Positions 37,943-51,572 of a DNA stretch of 64,000 nucleotides are shown here, in pieces; positions within the stretch are counted from its first letter, which is position 1; each line of letters starts with the position of its first letter. Source of the DNA: Squalus acanthias. Its lineage: Eukaryota. A model generated the notes under the pieces. The model was given only the letters and a program-made list of their open reading frames with translations, was not told where the DNA came from and ran no database searches. The position numbers and the translations under genes were made by a program. The stretch is from the NCBI GenBank assembly GCA_030390025.1, contig CM059432.1, forward strand, positions 27,034,001 to 27,098,000, in the 5' to 3' direction.

Positions 37943-39295
37943 GGCCAGAATTTTCCTTACCTTGGCAGGTCCGGTGCAGCCGGTAACGGTGGCGTGTCCC
38001 GACCCCGCTACTGGCTCCATTGCGTTGTCCAGAATGAACTTACCTTAATGGGGCCTACTGAGCCCGCCCAGTGTGTTACCTGACCCAATTAGATGGAGCG
38101 GGTCTGGTGACGTCACTCATGACGCGTGTTAAGCTGGGATCCTTAAAAGGACCATGGCCACATTAAATTTTAAGTTCAATCTAACATGGTGGGTGTTGAA
38201 TCTTTACTGTACAATCATATAATAAAAGTTATGAGTGACAAAGAAATATTTAAATAATTAAGTAATATGACTCCATCTACAAATATGATCAAGAACATAA
38301 TTAAAAAGTACATTAATTGTGAAGTTATTGGTGCTATAGTCATAGATCTATAGACTTTTATATCAGTAACTGGTACAAATAAAAGGTGTGTGTGTATAGG
38401 TAATACATAAAATTAAGCAGATTTTAAATGTAATTGTAAAGGGGTGGATTTATAATCTTATGCAAGTTCAGCGAAACAGCTACGGAATCCCTGACAAACA
38501 GTGTAAGTGGTGCTTACAGTGTGTTTCTGGGATTTCTGCAGCTCTTCCGTTGAAGTTAACAATTGACAAGTGAGAGAACCTCCGCAGAAATTCATGCTAA
38601 AGTCTCAGACTGAAAAATTAAATTAGTTATATTCAGGGACTGAAAGCAAATTGAACCAGTGGAATGAGCGATGGAATTAAATTGTTACGGTTGATGACTT
38701 GATTTAATGTGTAACTGGACAATCACAGTATACTGTGAGAAAAACCTGACCAGAAACAACACAACATTTTATTTAAATGGTATATGTCATTTTTTTATAG
38801 TGCAGGTCAATTCACTGCAATTACTGTTGCGTTGGAAGGCAACAGCCGAGAATGGCCAGCGAAAAATTAACATTTATCAGTAGCTTTTCAAGTAGTACGG
38901 AATCTCTATCAATGTGTTAGCTGATGTAATCAGCATGTTTTTATTTTGGTTTGTTTTCCATGCTGTCAAGTAATCAGCTGGAGCAATGGCCACGGAACTC
39001 ACGCCTCAGGTTGACAGATGTGGTTCCCGAGCTGTGTGAATCCCGTGGCCATTGCAGGGAAATTTAAAAAGTAGGAGGGAAAAAGACTCTTAAGTGCCCT
39101 TAAAGTACCTCAGAATGATTTCAATTGGGTCCCCTGCTGCTGCAGGTCGGGTTGGCTCTACGCTGACAGATGCACCTGTGGGAAAGACACGTGGGAGCGA
39201 GTTGACAGCGGGTTCTGTACCCGCTGTCAAAAAAACAACTTACCCTCCTGACCTGCCACTGATCGTGCCCGCTACCACCATGGAAAATTCAGCCC
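37943..39295. mobile_element. Non-autonomous PIF/Harbinger element with AT-rich core
   Basis: 14-bp TIR GGCCAGAATTTTCC vs GGGCTGAATTTTCC; TSD CTT both sides; subtermini shared with 19912-21530. Confidence 0.9.
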
Positions 39296-39337
39296 CTTGT
39301 CTCTGTCCTTCTACATCTGATAGCATCCTACAATATT

Positions 39338-39458
39338 GAGGTAGAAATTTGACTTGGCCAGTAGTGCAAAGAGGAACTGAATGTCAGGTGGGTGTATAAC
39401 AGCCAGCCGATGCGGTACCGCCCACTTTGTGCTACCGCCCAAGATGAATTTCTACCCC
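39338..39458. mobile_element. 121-bp Harbinger-type MITE
   Basis: TIR GAGGTAGAAATT vs GGGGTAGAAATT; TSD ATT both sides. Confidence 0.8.
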
Positions 39459-39554
39459 ATTGTCTCTTCATGATCTATTGCTGTGATCCTTCACTTGGGA
39501 TCCTTAGTTTGTAGCCTTCCTACATCTGAGTTAGATGTTGTGGACTCCATCATC

Positions 39555-39872
39555 TAGGCTGACACAACTGAGGTCGTGCTGTATTGGTGGACATACAAGC
39601 CTTTGGATGCGATGTTAAATCAAGGCCTCCGTTTGGGTGATTCAAATGGCTATTAAATCCCATACCAATTTTTGAAGAACAGGGAGTTCTCATGGTGTCC
39701 TGGCCAATATTCCTCCCTCAACCTACACCATCAAAAACATTCATCTCATTGCTGTTGGTGGCATCTTGCCATATGAAAAACAGCTGCCATATTTTACTCC
39801 AGAAGTAATTCACTATCTGGAACATTTTATGTGGTGCCTTATCAGTTCTTTCAGATGTGAGGTGCTATATAA
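39555..39872 (+). mobile_element. Degenerate Deu-domain SINE
   Basis: ggatgcgatgttaaatcaaggcc-gaagaacagggagttctc-gtcctggccaatattcctccctcaac. Confidence 0.7.
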
Positions 39873-39919
39873 AGATATGGTTCAGCTGATTAACATGTTA
39901 CTCTTTGTATTGTCATAAA

Positions 39920-40070
39920 AGAAAAAAGCTACAGATGTTAGAAATCCAAAACTAAAATAGAAAATGCTAGAAACACTCAGTAGGTCAGTCACTATTTGTG
40001 GAAAGAACAGACCTGTTAATGTTTCAAGTATGGACCCTCCGTGAAAACACTTTCACAAAGCATCTGTACC
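39920..40070 (-). mobile_element. Degenerate Penelope-type terminal repeat fragment
   Basis: Homologous to 42112-42215 (agaaaatgctagaaacactcagtaggtcag-gttaatgtttca). Confidence 0.55.
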
Positions 40071-40419
40071 TTAAATATTATTTTGTTCGGACTCTCCGTG
40101 CCCCAGAAAGTTGACTTCAAAATTCTCATCCTCACTTTAAAGTCCCTCCATGGTCTCTCAGATGCACCCTCCGTTCCTCCAACATCAGGCGATTCTCCTC
40201 GCTCCCTCCATTCGACCATTGATGGCCACATACTCAGCCAATAAACTCCAAATTTTTTCTCCTTTCCCCTTCTGCTCAGCATTCACAGTTTTGTCCTCCT
40301 AATGTTAAGTGCTATGAGACACCTTCCTGCACATGTAGAATGCTGTGTAAATGCAAACTGTTATAGTTGGGGGGTGGGGTGGCAATATATGCCAGATGTA
40401 CCTCTCCTCCATGTGTCTC

Positions 40420-41200
40420 AACCCCTCACTGCCTCTGTGTTGTCCGACTGCTTCTCTGACATTCACTCTTGGATGAGCTACAATTTCCTCCAGCTAAACA
40501 TTGGTAAGACCAAAGCCATCATCTTCGGCCCCTGCCACAAACTCTGCACCCTTGCCACTGATTCCATCCCCCTCCCCTGCTAGTGTCTTGGGCTGAACCA
40601 GACTGTTCACAACCTCGGCATCCAATTCAGCCCTGAGCTGACTTTCTGACCCCATATCCTCGCCAACACAAAGACTGCCTATTTCCACCTCCTGTAATAT
40701 CACCCACCTCCACTCTGCCTCACCTCATCTGCTGCTGAAACCCTTATCCATGCTTTTGTCACTTCCAATAACTTCCATGCTCACCTGGCCGGCCTCCCAT
40801 CCTCTACCCTTGAAAAACTTAAGCTATTCAAAAACTCTGTTGCCTGTATTCTATCCCACACCAAGTTCTGCTCACCCATTACTCCGATCTACATTGGTTC
40901 CCAGTTCCCCGAATGCCTCAAATTTAAAATTCTCATCATGACTTCACCCCTCCCTATCTCTGTACGTTCTTCAGTCCTACAGCCCCTCCAGAACTCTCCG
41001 TTCCTCTGACTCTGGCTTCTTGTGCCCTTTGCCCCACCATTGGTGGTTATGCCTTCCTAAACCTCTCTACCTCTCCTCCTCTCTCTCCTCCTTTAAGACC
41101 TTCTTTAAAACCCAGCTCCTCGATCAAGTTATTTCATCACCCTTCCTAATAGCGCTCTCTTTGACTCTGTGAAGCATCTTTTTCTACATTAAAGGCACTG
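40420..41200 (+). mobile_element. L2 LINE 3' fragment
   Basis: SDIHSWMSYNFLQLNIGKTKAIIFG, LNQTVHNLGI, LIHAFVTS, LHW-FKIL motifs. Confidence 0.85.
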
Positions 41201-42111
41201 TTTCCAATTGAGGATAGCTATCTAACGACCTTTGTTGGAAGTGTGCCATCTGGTGAAGACAGGATCAGACTCCGCTGTGATACCGTCCACTCACCAGTGG
41301 TCTAATAGTCTACAAACACTCATTGCCTAAACTCACACATGAATAACAACCACTTGGCATGGAAAACTACTGGAAATACCAACAGTAACAAAACCTGCTT
41401 TAGTGCTTGGATCTGATGAGCTCTGAGAAAAGGGACCTATCTGAAGTGCTAATGATTTCTCTTAGATGCGATCATCCTGCTGTGCATTTGAAGTGCTAAT
41501 AGATTCTCCTTCAGATGTGAGCACCCTGCTGTGCATTTCTGTCATTTTCTGTTTCTATTTCAGATTTACAGCATTTGTTGTTCTGCTTTTTACTCTCTCA
41601 CTCCCTGGATCTGCCACTTCTGTTTCCTTGAAGATGAAGTTACAGGGTTATCAGGGCGATGGAATTAATTTTAAGGTTGCTCTACCAAAGACCTGACACA
41701 GACGCAATGGGCCACCTGCCCTCCTGTGCTGTATACATCTATGGTAACTTCTGTCTCTTTTGCACTAAAACATGATCGAAAAAAACTCTACATTAAACCT
41801 CCCATTATAAAACATATATTATACAAATCAGAAGACGGTGTATTGTTATTCAATGCTATTAGTACCCATCTAGATTGTAGTATGCAATCACAATACCATA
41901 AGAAAGATGTTATTGCTCTTCAGAGATTGCAACATAGTGACGATGTCAGGAATCTAGGTTATGAGGAAAGCTTAAGGAAGTTAAGGTGTTCTTATTGGTA
42001 ATGAGGACATTCCGAGGCCCTAGCACAAGAATGTTGGGACTAGTTGTATGGCTCAATACCACACGGAATGGTCCATTTATCCACTGAGTCATCAATGAAG
42101 CTTATATAATA

Positions 42112-42430
42112 TAAAATAAAAACAGAAAATGCTGGAAATACTCAGCAGGTCAGGCAGCATCTGTGGAGAGAGAAACAACGTTAACGTTTCAGGTCGATGA
42201 CCTTATGTCGGAACTGGAAAAATGTAGAGATGTAACAGATTTTAAGCAAGTGCAGGGAAAGGGGGAAGAGGAGGAAAGAACAAAAGGGAAGGTCTGTGAT
42301 AGGGTGGAAGACAGGAGTGATTAAATGACAAAAGGTATGATAGTACAAAACAAAAGGAGATGGTAATGGGACAAGTAAAGAAAGAAAAGCTAAGTCTAGA
42401 AGAGGCGTAAATGGGAATGGCAGAATCAAC
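42112..42430 (-). mobile_element. Penelope-type retroelement terminal fragment with degenerate hammerhead motif (42180-42214)
   Basis: Minus strand gtt-CCGACAT-a-aggtc/at c/gacct-GAAA-CG-TT-aac: stems I and II intact, core decayed from CUGANGA. Confidence 0.65.
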
Positions 42431-42462
42431 AGGTGCCATGTGAAAAAATAGGGGCAGAGGTA

Positions 42463-42534
42463 CTTGAAATGCCGGTGAGCGGCCTGTGCAGGACCTCCAG
42501 TTGCTGCACAGCCCACAGCTTAACAGGAACGTTG
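42463..42534. mobile_element. Partial hAT MITE
   Basis: Reverse complement of first 70 bp of 19293 copy. Confidence 0.7.
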
Positions 42535-43449
42535 TATGTTAGTGACTGAACACCTAAAGAAAGAAAAAAGAACTTGCATCTATATAGCGCCTTTCGTGAC
42601 CGCAGGACATCCCAAAGCATTTTCCCGAGCTGCATTTAGGCCAGGTTAACCAAACACATTTGATGAAACTGCTTGTTTGCTGGCCTTGTGGGGGTCATTT
42701 TGACTTTGGACGATTGTGTGTAAACGGGCGATATTGAACCAGCCGCCCGTTAACACCGCTCCCGACATTCATTCCCATTGACTTCACTGGTGATTTCAAA
42801 ACCCATCATGGGATACTCAAACTGTCTCACCCATCTGATGCACTTTCAAAGGACTGAAGTCGGATTGTTATATAGGATCAAAGGGTACATGAGGTAATCC
42901 CAGGGCCATATTACTAGTCGGACTGAATTGTTATTTAGACGGATACCGATACACTGGATCTATGCATATTGATTTATTCCAGACATTCATGGGCTTACAG
43001 TTAGGCAAAGACTGCACAACTTACAGGAGTCAATCCATCATTTCATAACCCCTGAACTCCTTTATAATCTCCCCAAATGGTCCACAAATTATCTCATTAA
43101 TATTCTTAAAATATCTGCATCGTCAAAATGTCATGTTCCTCTTTATAAACAGTGATTATTTATTTGCAGAAATAGTCCTCGAGTCTTTCCTGTTACACAA
43201 TGCATGCATGGCATGAAATAAAAATTATTTTAAGTGGGTCTTTAAAATAGTGAACAAAGAAATTTTGTATGAGATTGAGTATTTATACGCTACTATTCTC
43301 ACAATATAATTTCAAGGCCAACTTGATTTCTATTTTTTGTCCCTTATTCACAGCTCAACCTTTCTTTGCTAAGACTAGAACTTTTTATTGAACATTTAAA
43401 TCCATTTACATAATTCCCATTGCATATTAAGAAGAACAACCATGAAGAG

Positions 43450-43890
43450 AGACTTGCATATATATAGTGCCTTTCACGACCTCAAGACGTTCCAAAGTGC
43501 TTTACAGCCAATGAAGTACTTTTGAAGTGTAGTCACTGTTGTAATGTAAGAAACGTGGCAGTCAATTTGCGCACAGCAAGCTCCCACAAACAGCAATGTG
43601 ATAATGATCAGATAATCTGTTTTTAGTGATGTTGGTTGAGAGATAAATATTGGCCAGGGCACTGGCGAGAACTCCTCTGATCTTCTTTAAATAGTGCCAT
43701 GGGATCTTTTAAGTCCTCCTGAGAGGACAGACGAGACCTTGGTTTAACGTCTCATCTGAAAGACGTCACCTCTGACAGTGCAGCACTCAGTGTGCCAGTC
43801 TAGATTATGTGCTGCAAGTTCCTGAAGTGGGACTTGAACCCACAGCCTTCTGATGATGGAGATGAGGGTGCTGCCCACTGAGTCATGGCT
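43450..43890 (-). mobile_element. Full-length Deu-domain tRNA SINE
   Basis: Reverse-complement homologue of 16943-17541 including B box and tail. Confidence 0.88.
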
Positions 43891-44184
43891 GAGAGCTAAA
43901 ATATGAATACATAATGTATGCTGATAATACATGTGGCAGTCAGCCAGGAGCCCATAGAATTCAATGTCATAATATCTGACAATGGCAAGGGGGGATATGC
44001 TCATCCTCATGACGATACAAATGCAAGTCTTTCTTTCTTTATGTGTCACGTAGGACTGATACCCAAGGGTGCTGGCACATGTATCAAAATGAATGCAAAA
44101 CTACCCCATAACGCAGAGTTAGTAGGCACCACCGTTGTGTCTGTGTATGAATGAATAGTGGCTTAGGTACCTCTGTAGGCAACA

Positions 44185-44668
44185 ACAAAAACAACAACAA
44201 ATTGCATTTATATAGCACCTTTAACGTAGTAAAATGTCCCAAGGAGACGAGCCATATAAGGAGATATTAGGGCAGATGACAAAAAGCTTGATCAAAGAGG
44301 TAGGTTTTAAGGAGCGTCTTAAAGGAGGAAAGAGAGGTAGCAAGGCGGTGAGGTTTAGGCAGGGAATTCCAGAGCTTAGGGCCTCGGCAGCTGAAGGCAC
44401 GGCCACCAATGGTTGAGCGATTTATAATACGGGATGCTCAAGAAGGCAGAATTAGAGGATTGCAGGTATCTCGGGGTGTTGAGGGGCTGGAGAAGCTTAC
44501 AGAGATAGAGAGGGGCGAGGCCATGGAGGGATTTGAAAACAAGGATGAGAATTTTAAAATCGAGGCGTTGCTTAACTGGGAGCCAGTGTAGGTCAGCGAG
44601 CACAGGGGTGATGGGTGAACGGGACTTGGTGCGAGTTAGGATGTGGGCAGCAGAGTTTTGGATGACCT
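44185..44668 (-). mobile_element. L2 LINE 3' fragment
   Basis: ORF 44376..44603 LADLHWLPVKQRLDFKILILVFKSLHGLAP; tail shared with the SINE. Confidence 0.9.
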
Positions 44669-45055
44669 CGAGGGAGCTAGAAAGGGATATTCAGTCTAAT
44701 GGTGTAAAGGAGCTGAATCACACACAAATCTAGGGATGTCGAGCATCAACTGTGCACATTCTAAACAATCAGTCATGCTGTTGAGCTCGGTAGCCCTTCC
44801 AAACCAGTTGCCTTGATTGTGTCATCATCACCCTATCATCAAAAATGTTAAGAGAAATCAAACAAATTGTAAAAAAATTGCGCCTTCGGCTATTAAGATC
44901 TGTGCTCTGGTATTTACTCCTAAATCCCTCTGACTTGTTACATCTCTGCCCACCTTCAGACGTCTTCTCAAAAGCCTTATCTATGGTTTCCTAACTCTTC
45001 TCTGAATGTCTGCTCCTCTTTTGTGAAGCATATTGGGACATTAAAGGCATTGAAT

Positions 45056-45170
45056 AGGGCAGAAAGTACAAGACCCTGCTGCCAGGAAAACGCTTACTAG
45101 ATGCGAACATGGAGCACAGAATCAGGGCTACAATGCTGCACCAGCAGCAGAGTATCGCAATTTCTGCCCT
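45056..45170. mobile_element. Short MITE
   Basis: AGGGCAGAAA...TTTCTGCCCT terminal inverted repeat, ctgctg/cagcag internal pairing. Confidence 0.55.
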
Positions 45171-45736
45171 AAGTCGTTAACGTTTTTTGCAATGAATTTT
45201 CAGAAGGGGTTTTTACTCCTGAAGTCGGCAGGTGAGCTCAAACTTGAATTGTTGATGATCAAAGCAGCTCATAAGTTGAAAAAGAAATAAACAACAGCAA
45301 ACGTTGCTGCAGCAGTCTGCTCGCTGACAGTAGAGACTGTTCTAAGGAGAAGCGTGCCAGGGGAAATCCCATGGGAATGATAATGATGTTTAATTTTTCC
45401 TTCTATCTTAATAATTCTACCCCATGGTAATTGTGGGAAATTAATTGTGAAATAAATAAAGTGTAAGAAACCATTTTGCTGACTCGAAGGTGGTTTCATT
45501 CTCAATATCTGAGCGTAAAAAGTAATGGGAAACAAGCATTGAGATCAAGATACATGAAGCTGGTTCATGCTATTTCACAGTATCGTCATTATCTACCTAT
45601 CTTGTTACATTCTTATGAAATGGTAATTATACACTCAAAAAGCCATAAGAGGCTTTCAGTGTGGCAAAGGCAGCCAGATAAGGTTATTAGCATGTCTTCT
45701 TACAAAAGGTATGTTGTTTTCCTTTTTTATTAAAAG

Positions 45737-45858
45737 GTGGTGTAAAGTGTCCAGTGTGCAGTTTTGTGTATGGTACCAAGTGGGAGCTGAACAGACACCT
45801 GAAAAACAAGCACGGACTGAAGATTGTGGGCAGCATAGAAGGGGAAGCCATAGAGCAG
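45737..45858 (+). CDS. ZFAT: ZFAT coding exon 6 in window, last C2H2 finger (G)GVKCPVCSFVYGTKWELNRHLKNKHGLKIVGSIEGEAIEQ
   Basis: aag acceptor after T-tract, gtactt donor; 122 nt, phase 1-0. Confidence 0.93.
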
Positions 45859-45869
45859 GTACTTATTTT

Positions 45870-46330
45870 CTCACCTCTACTTCTAAAGGTGCTAACCCTT
45901 GCTAGGATGCAGTTGTGGAGGACGCCAGCTGACCTCTGTACCTAGCCCATGGCCATTCTTCATATGTATTTTAATAACAAGTGTTGTTAGGCTCGTAACA
46001 GTAGTCATCAAAGATCAAAGTCAAATCCTCCTCACCTAATATCTACAAACGTATACGATCCAGTGGGGGTCACTGGATCGTGATTCGTAGAGGGCACCGC
46101 TAGCCAGTTGTAGCGCTCCTACTATTGACCTTGCTGAGATTAACTTTCCTACATTACAACAGTGACTACACTTCAAAAGTAATTCATTGGCTGTAAAGCG
46201 CTTTGGGATGTCCGTTATATAAATGCAAGTCTTTCTTTCTTTTAACTAACACAGCATTGATTGGGGATCAAACCTGGTATGTATAACTCAGTACCACACC
46301 GTGAATTAGATTTAGCAATTAAGCCATTAC
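45870..46330 (-). mobile_element. Old SINE-like repeat (second family), decayed
   Basis: Reverse-complement similarity to 57456-57820 and 41220-41380 (gtgaggacagg, catgaagaatggcc motifs); contains a Deu-SINE tail at 46146-46241. Confidence 0.55.
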
Positions 46331-47705
46331 GGGTGCTGTAGGTACTCCTTTAATGGGATCTATTGCAAGACACTCATGTTATCTATATTGGGTTTAGAAT
46401 TGCCAACTGTTTCGCAGTAAAGTTGCCACAGTTACACCATGTATTGCCAGTCATCTCGTATAAATTGCTTTGCACATCAAAGACATACACTGCACAGATA
46501 AGCAGTTTTTGTTTTCCATTCGGAGCATCTCAGTTTGACTCCTGTCTCATTTTTTATATTTTTCCTTTTATAAAAAGTGCTTTGTCTCTGACTTATCCAT
46601 TCGCTGTTAACTAAATCTGTTTAGCAGTTTATGACCCAAAACACAGTTTACTGCGGTATTTATGCTGTAACCTTTTGAAGTCTAGGGACATCACATGATG
46701 TAAGTGGACACTGACCAAGGTTTTCTGTTCAACCTCTGGGGTCCCTATAAATTACTTAGATATTAAATAGCTCACTGCTCTGTGGGAGCGAGGGTGTGTT
46801 CTAAATAGTCTGAGACACTGAAAGTGAGAAAAATATCTGAAGTAAAAACCTGGAAACATAGCACATATCTCTGAAGCCCAGTGGACCGCAGCTTCTAATT
46901 TTATTTCACTGAAATATAATCACCATTATAAATATTGATTTAATGATATCAAAATAATTGAATAATGCAAAGCTGGAGTAAACAATAGAATATAAGTCTT
47001 GTACGGTTTGTCTACACAATCCAAACGCAGGCCCTTACTGGTTTCCAAAGGGTTGGTGAACTCGACGGTAACTTTGGAAAAGTAAATGAGCAAATCGTTT
47101 TACGGCTAAACAATTTTATTTACATGATTGGCACATGTTCATACAACCTTTCTGAAGTAAAGAGTGTCTTTGAGTTCTAACATTGCTCACTCCGTTACAT
47201 TCCTTTGTTCAATCTCTGTACCAATCAGTCTGCATTGCAAGCCATCGTCTCTTGTGATCATGAGTTGCTTCTTAATCATCTGGTAAGTAGCAGAAACATG
47301 CACCTTGAAGGGTTGACGTTGCTTAACCTGTAATGGCACCCCTCTTTTTGCAATGGTGTCCAAAAGGTTTAACTTTACAAATCTTACAGTCTACACTACT
47401 ATTTATGTTCTGATCACCATACCACAAAAAAGATATGCTTGTATTAAAAAGTGTGCAGGATAGAAGAACAAGACTGATCCCAATCAGGGAATGAGCTATG
47501 AAAGATCACTTATATGCACTTGTACGGCATTAATCTGTTTGTTGTTTTAACGGAGGAGTTTATTTTAACGGGGTACATGCTCGCATTAAAATAGCAGACG
47601 GGATTATTATACCAACAATAACACCTTTCATTTACATAGCACTTTTAACATAGTAAAACGTTGGAAACAAAATTGGCTAAGGGATAGAAAACAGAGTTGT
47701 GGTGA

Positions 47706-50700
47706 ATCACAGAATGGTTACAGCACGGGAGAAGGCCTGTTGAGTCTGTACAGGCTCTCTGCAACAGCACTTCAGCTAGTCCCACTACCCCACCCTTTCC
47801 CTGTAGCCCTGCAAATGTATTTATTTCAGATAATTATCCTACTCCCTTTTGAAAGCCGTGATTGAATCTGCCTCCACCACCCTTTCAGGCAGTACATTCC
47901 AGATCCTAATCACTCGCTGCGTAAAAAAGTTTTTCCTCATGTCACCTTTGGTTCTTTTGCCAATCACCTTAAATCTGTGTTCTCTAGTTCTTGACCCTTC
48001 TGCCAATGGGAACAGTTTCCCTCTATCTACTCTGTCCAGACCCCTCATGATTTTGAACACCTCTATCAAATCTCCTCTCAATCTTCTCTGCTCCAAGGAG
48101 AACAAACCCAGCTTCTCCAGACTATCAACTTAACTGAAGTCCCTCATTCCTGGAATCATTCTCTTAAATCTTTTCTGCACCCTCTCTAAGGCCTTCACAT
48201 CCTTCCTAAAGTGTGGTGCCCAGAATTGGACACAGTACTCCAGTTGGGGCCGAACCAGTGTTTTATACAGGTTCATCATAATTTCCACACTTTTGTGCTT
48301 TATACCTCTATTTATGAAGCCCAGGATCCTGTAAGCCTTTTTAACTGCTTTCTCAACCTGCCCTGCCACCTTCAACGATTTGTGCACATATACCCCCAGG
48401 TCTCTCTGTTCGTGCACACCCTTCAGGATTGTACCATTTAGTTTATATGTTCTCTCCTCATTCTTTCTACCAAAATGTATCACTTCACACTTTGCTGCGT
48501 TAAATTTCATCTGCCACGTGTCCGCCCATTTCACCAGCCTATGTCTTCCTGAAGTCTATCACTATCCTCCTCACTGTTCACTCTACTTCCAAGTTTTGTG
48601 TCATCTGCAAATTTTGAAATTGTGCCCTGTACTCCCACGTCCAAGTCATTAATATATATCAAGGAAAGCCGTGGTCCTAGAACCGACCCCTATGGAGCAC
48701 CACTGTATACCTTCCTCCAGTCCAAAAAACAACCGTTCACCACTACTCTGTGTTTCCTGTCACTGAGCCAATTTCATATCCATGCTGCCACTTTCATTAC
48801 GTGGCACTTTGTCGAACGCCTTTTGGAAATCCATGTACACTACATCAACTGCATTGCCCTCATCAACCCTCCTCATCAAAGAACTCAATCAAGTTAGTTA
48901 AACACGATTTGCCGTGCTGGCTTTCCTTAATTAATCCACACTTGTCCCTGATTACTGTTTCTAAAAGCTTCCCCACTACCGAGGTCAAACTGACTTGCCT
49001 GTAGGTTTATCTTTACACTCTTTTTTGAACAATGGTGTAACATTTGCAATTCTCCAGTCTTCTGGCACCACCCCCGTATCTAAGGAGGATTGGAATATTA
49101 TGGTCAGTACCTCCACGATTTCCTCCCTCAATTCCCTCAGCATCCTAGGATACATCCCATCTGGTCCTGGTGATTTATCTACTTTAAGTACAGCCAGCCT
49201 TTCTACTACCTCCTCTTTATCAATTTTTATCCTATCAAGTATCTCCACTACCTCCTCCTTTACTATGTCTATGGAGCATCCTCTTCCTTGGTGAAGACAG
49301 ATGCAAAGTACTCATTTAGTACCTCAACCATACCCTCTGCCTCCATGCATAGGTCTCCTTTTTGGTCCCTAATCGGCCACACCCCTCCTCTTACTACCTT
49401 TTTCCTATTTATATGCCTATAGAAGACTTTTGGATTACCTTTTATGTTGGCTGCCATTCTATTCTCATACCCTCTCTTTGCTCCCCTTATTTTCTTTTTC
49501 ACTTCTCCTCTGACCTTTCTATATATAGCCTGATTCTCAGATGTATTTGCAACCTGACATCTGTCATATGCGCTCTTTTTCTGCTTCATCATATTCTCTA
49601 TCTCTTTCGTCATCCAGGGATCCCTGACTTTAGTTGCCCTGCCTTTCCCCCTTGTGGGAATGTGCCTCAACTATACCTGAACTATTTCCTCTTTAAAGGC
49701 AGCCCATTGTTCCATTACAGTTTTGTCTGCCAATCTTTGATTCCAGTTTACCCGGGCCAGATCCGTTCTCATCCCACTGAAATTGGCCTCTCCCCCCCCC
49801 CCCCCCCCCCCCGCAGTTAAACATTTTTACTCTAGATTGCTCCCTGTCCGTTTCCATAGCTAATCTAAACCTTATGATACTATGATCACTGTTCCCTAAA
49901 TGTTCACCTACTGACACTTGCTCCACGTGACCTACCTCATTCCCCAGAACCAGATCCAGCAATGCCTCCTGCCTCGTCGGACCAGAAACGTACTGATCAA
50001 GAAAGTTCTCCTGAACACACTTCAGAAATTCTTCCCCGTCTCTGCCCTTTACACTATTATGATCCCAGTCTATATTAGGATAGTTGAAGTCCTCCATTAT
50101 TACTACTCTATAGTTCTTGCACCTCTCTGTAATTTCTCTGCAAATTTGTTCCTCCATATCTTTCCCACTATTTGGTGGTCTATAGAATACACCTAGTAGT
50201 GTAATGGCACCTCTATTATTTCTTAACTCTAGCCATATAGATTCTGTCCTTGACCCCTCCAGGACATCCTCCCTCTCCAGCACTGTAACATTCTCCTTAA
50301 CCAATACTGCCACACCACCTCTTTCCTTCCCTATCTTTCCTGAAGACTTTATAACCAGGAATATTTAATACCCAATCCTGCCCTTTTTTGAGTCAGGTTT
50401 CAGTTATTGCCACAACATCATATTTCCATGTGGCTATCTGTGCCTGTCGCTCACTTACCTTGTTTACTACACTTTGTGTGTTCACATACATACACTGTAA
50501 ACCCATCTTAGACCATCCTTTATTCTGTCTTAGTTTGAGCCCACCTAATACCTTACTATTTCTTACTTTAGTGCTCTCTGCCTCTCCCAATCCTTTAAGC
50601 ACTTTATTTCCCCTTTCTAATGTTACATCCTGGTGCCCATCCCCTTGCCAAAATAATTGAAACCCTCCCCAACAGCACTAGCAAATCTCCCTGATATTGT

Positions 50701-51172
50701 ACAAGCCCCACCTCCCCCAGAACTGGTCCCAATGCCCCAGGAATCTAAAGCCCTTCCTCCTGCACCATCTCTCCAGCCACGCATTCATCTGCGCTATCCT
50801 CCTATTTCTATACTAGCGCGTGGCACCGGGAGTAATCCGAAGATTGCTACCTTTTGAGATCCTGCTTTTTAATCTCTTTCCTAGCTCTCTGAAATCTGCC
50901 TGCAGGACCTCATCCCTCTTTCTACCTATGTCATTGGTACCGATATGGACCACGACCTCTGGCTGTTCACCCTCCCCCCCCCTCAATGTTCTGCAGCCGC
51001 TCGGTGACATCCTTGACCCTGGAATCATGCCTGCGGTCGCAGAAACGCCTGTCTGCTCCCCTAACTATCGAATTCCCTACCACTATTGCTTTCCCACTCT
51101 TCTTCCTCCCCCCCACTGCACAGCTGAGCCACCCATGGTGCCGCAGACTTGGCTCTGGCTATAGTCCCCAGA
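47706..51172 (-). mobile_element. Long CR1 copy (ORF1 esterase part, endonuclease, RT, tail) inserted antisense into another CR1
   Basis: ORFs 47839..48105, 48130..48534, 48985..49248, 49269..49670, 49693..50313, 50393..50602, 50813..51028 (HIGTND). Confidence 0.94.
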
Positions 51173-51572
51173 GAAATGGCTGCTTTTTGGAGTGGAGGGA
51201 GGTATACAGTGGTGTTCCCAGGGTTCCGTACCAGGACCACTGCTGTTTTTTGACATACATTAATGACTTGGACTTGGGGGTACAGGGCACAGTTTCAAAA
51301 TTTGCAGATGACACAAAACTTGGAAGTGTAGTAAACAGTGAGAAAGATAATAATAGACTTCAAGAGGACATAGGCGGAAGGTGTGGACACATGGCAGATG
51401 AAATTCAACGCAGAAAAGTGTAGAAGAGTGATGAGAGACAATACAAGCTGAAAGGTACAATTTTAAAGGAGGTGCAAGAAGGGAGAGATGTGGGGGTATT
51501 TGTGCACAAGTCTTTGTAGGTGGCAGGACAGGTTAACAAAGCATATGAGATCCTGGGCTTTATAAATAGAGG

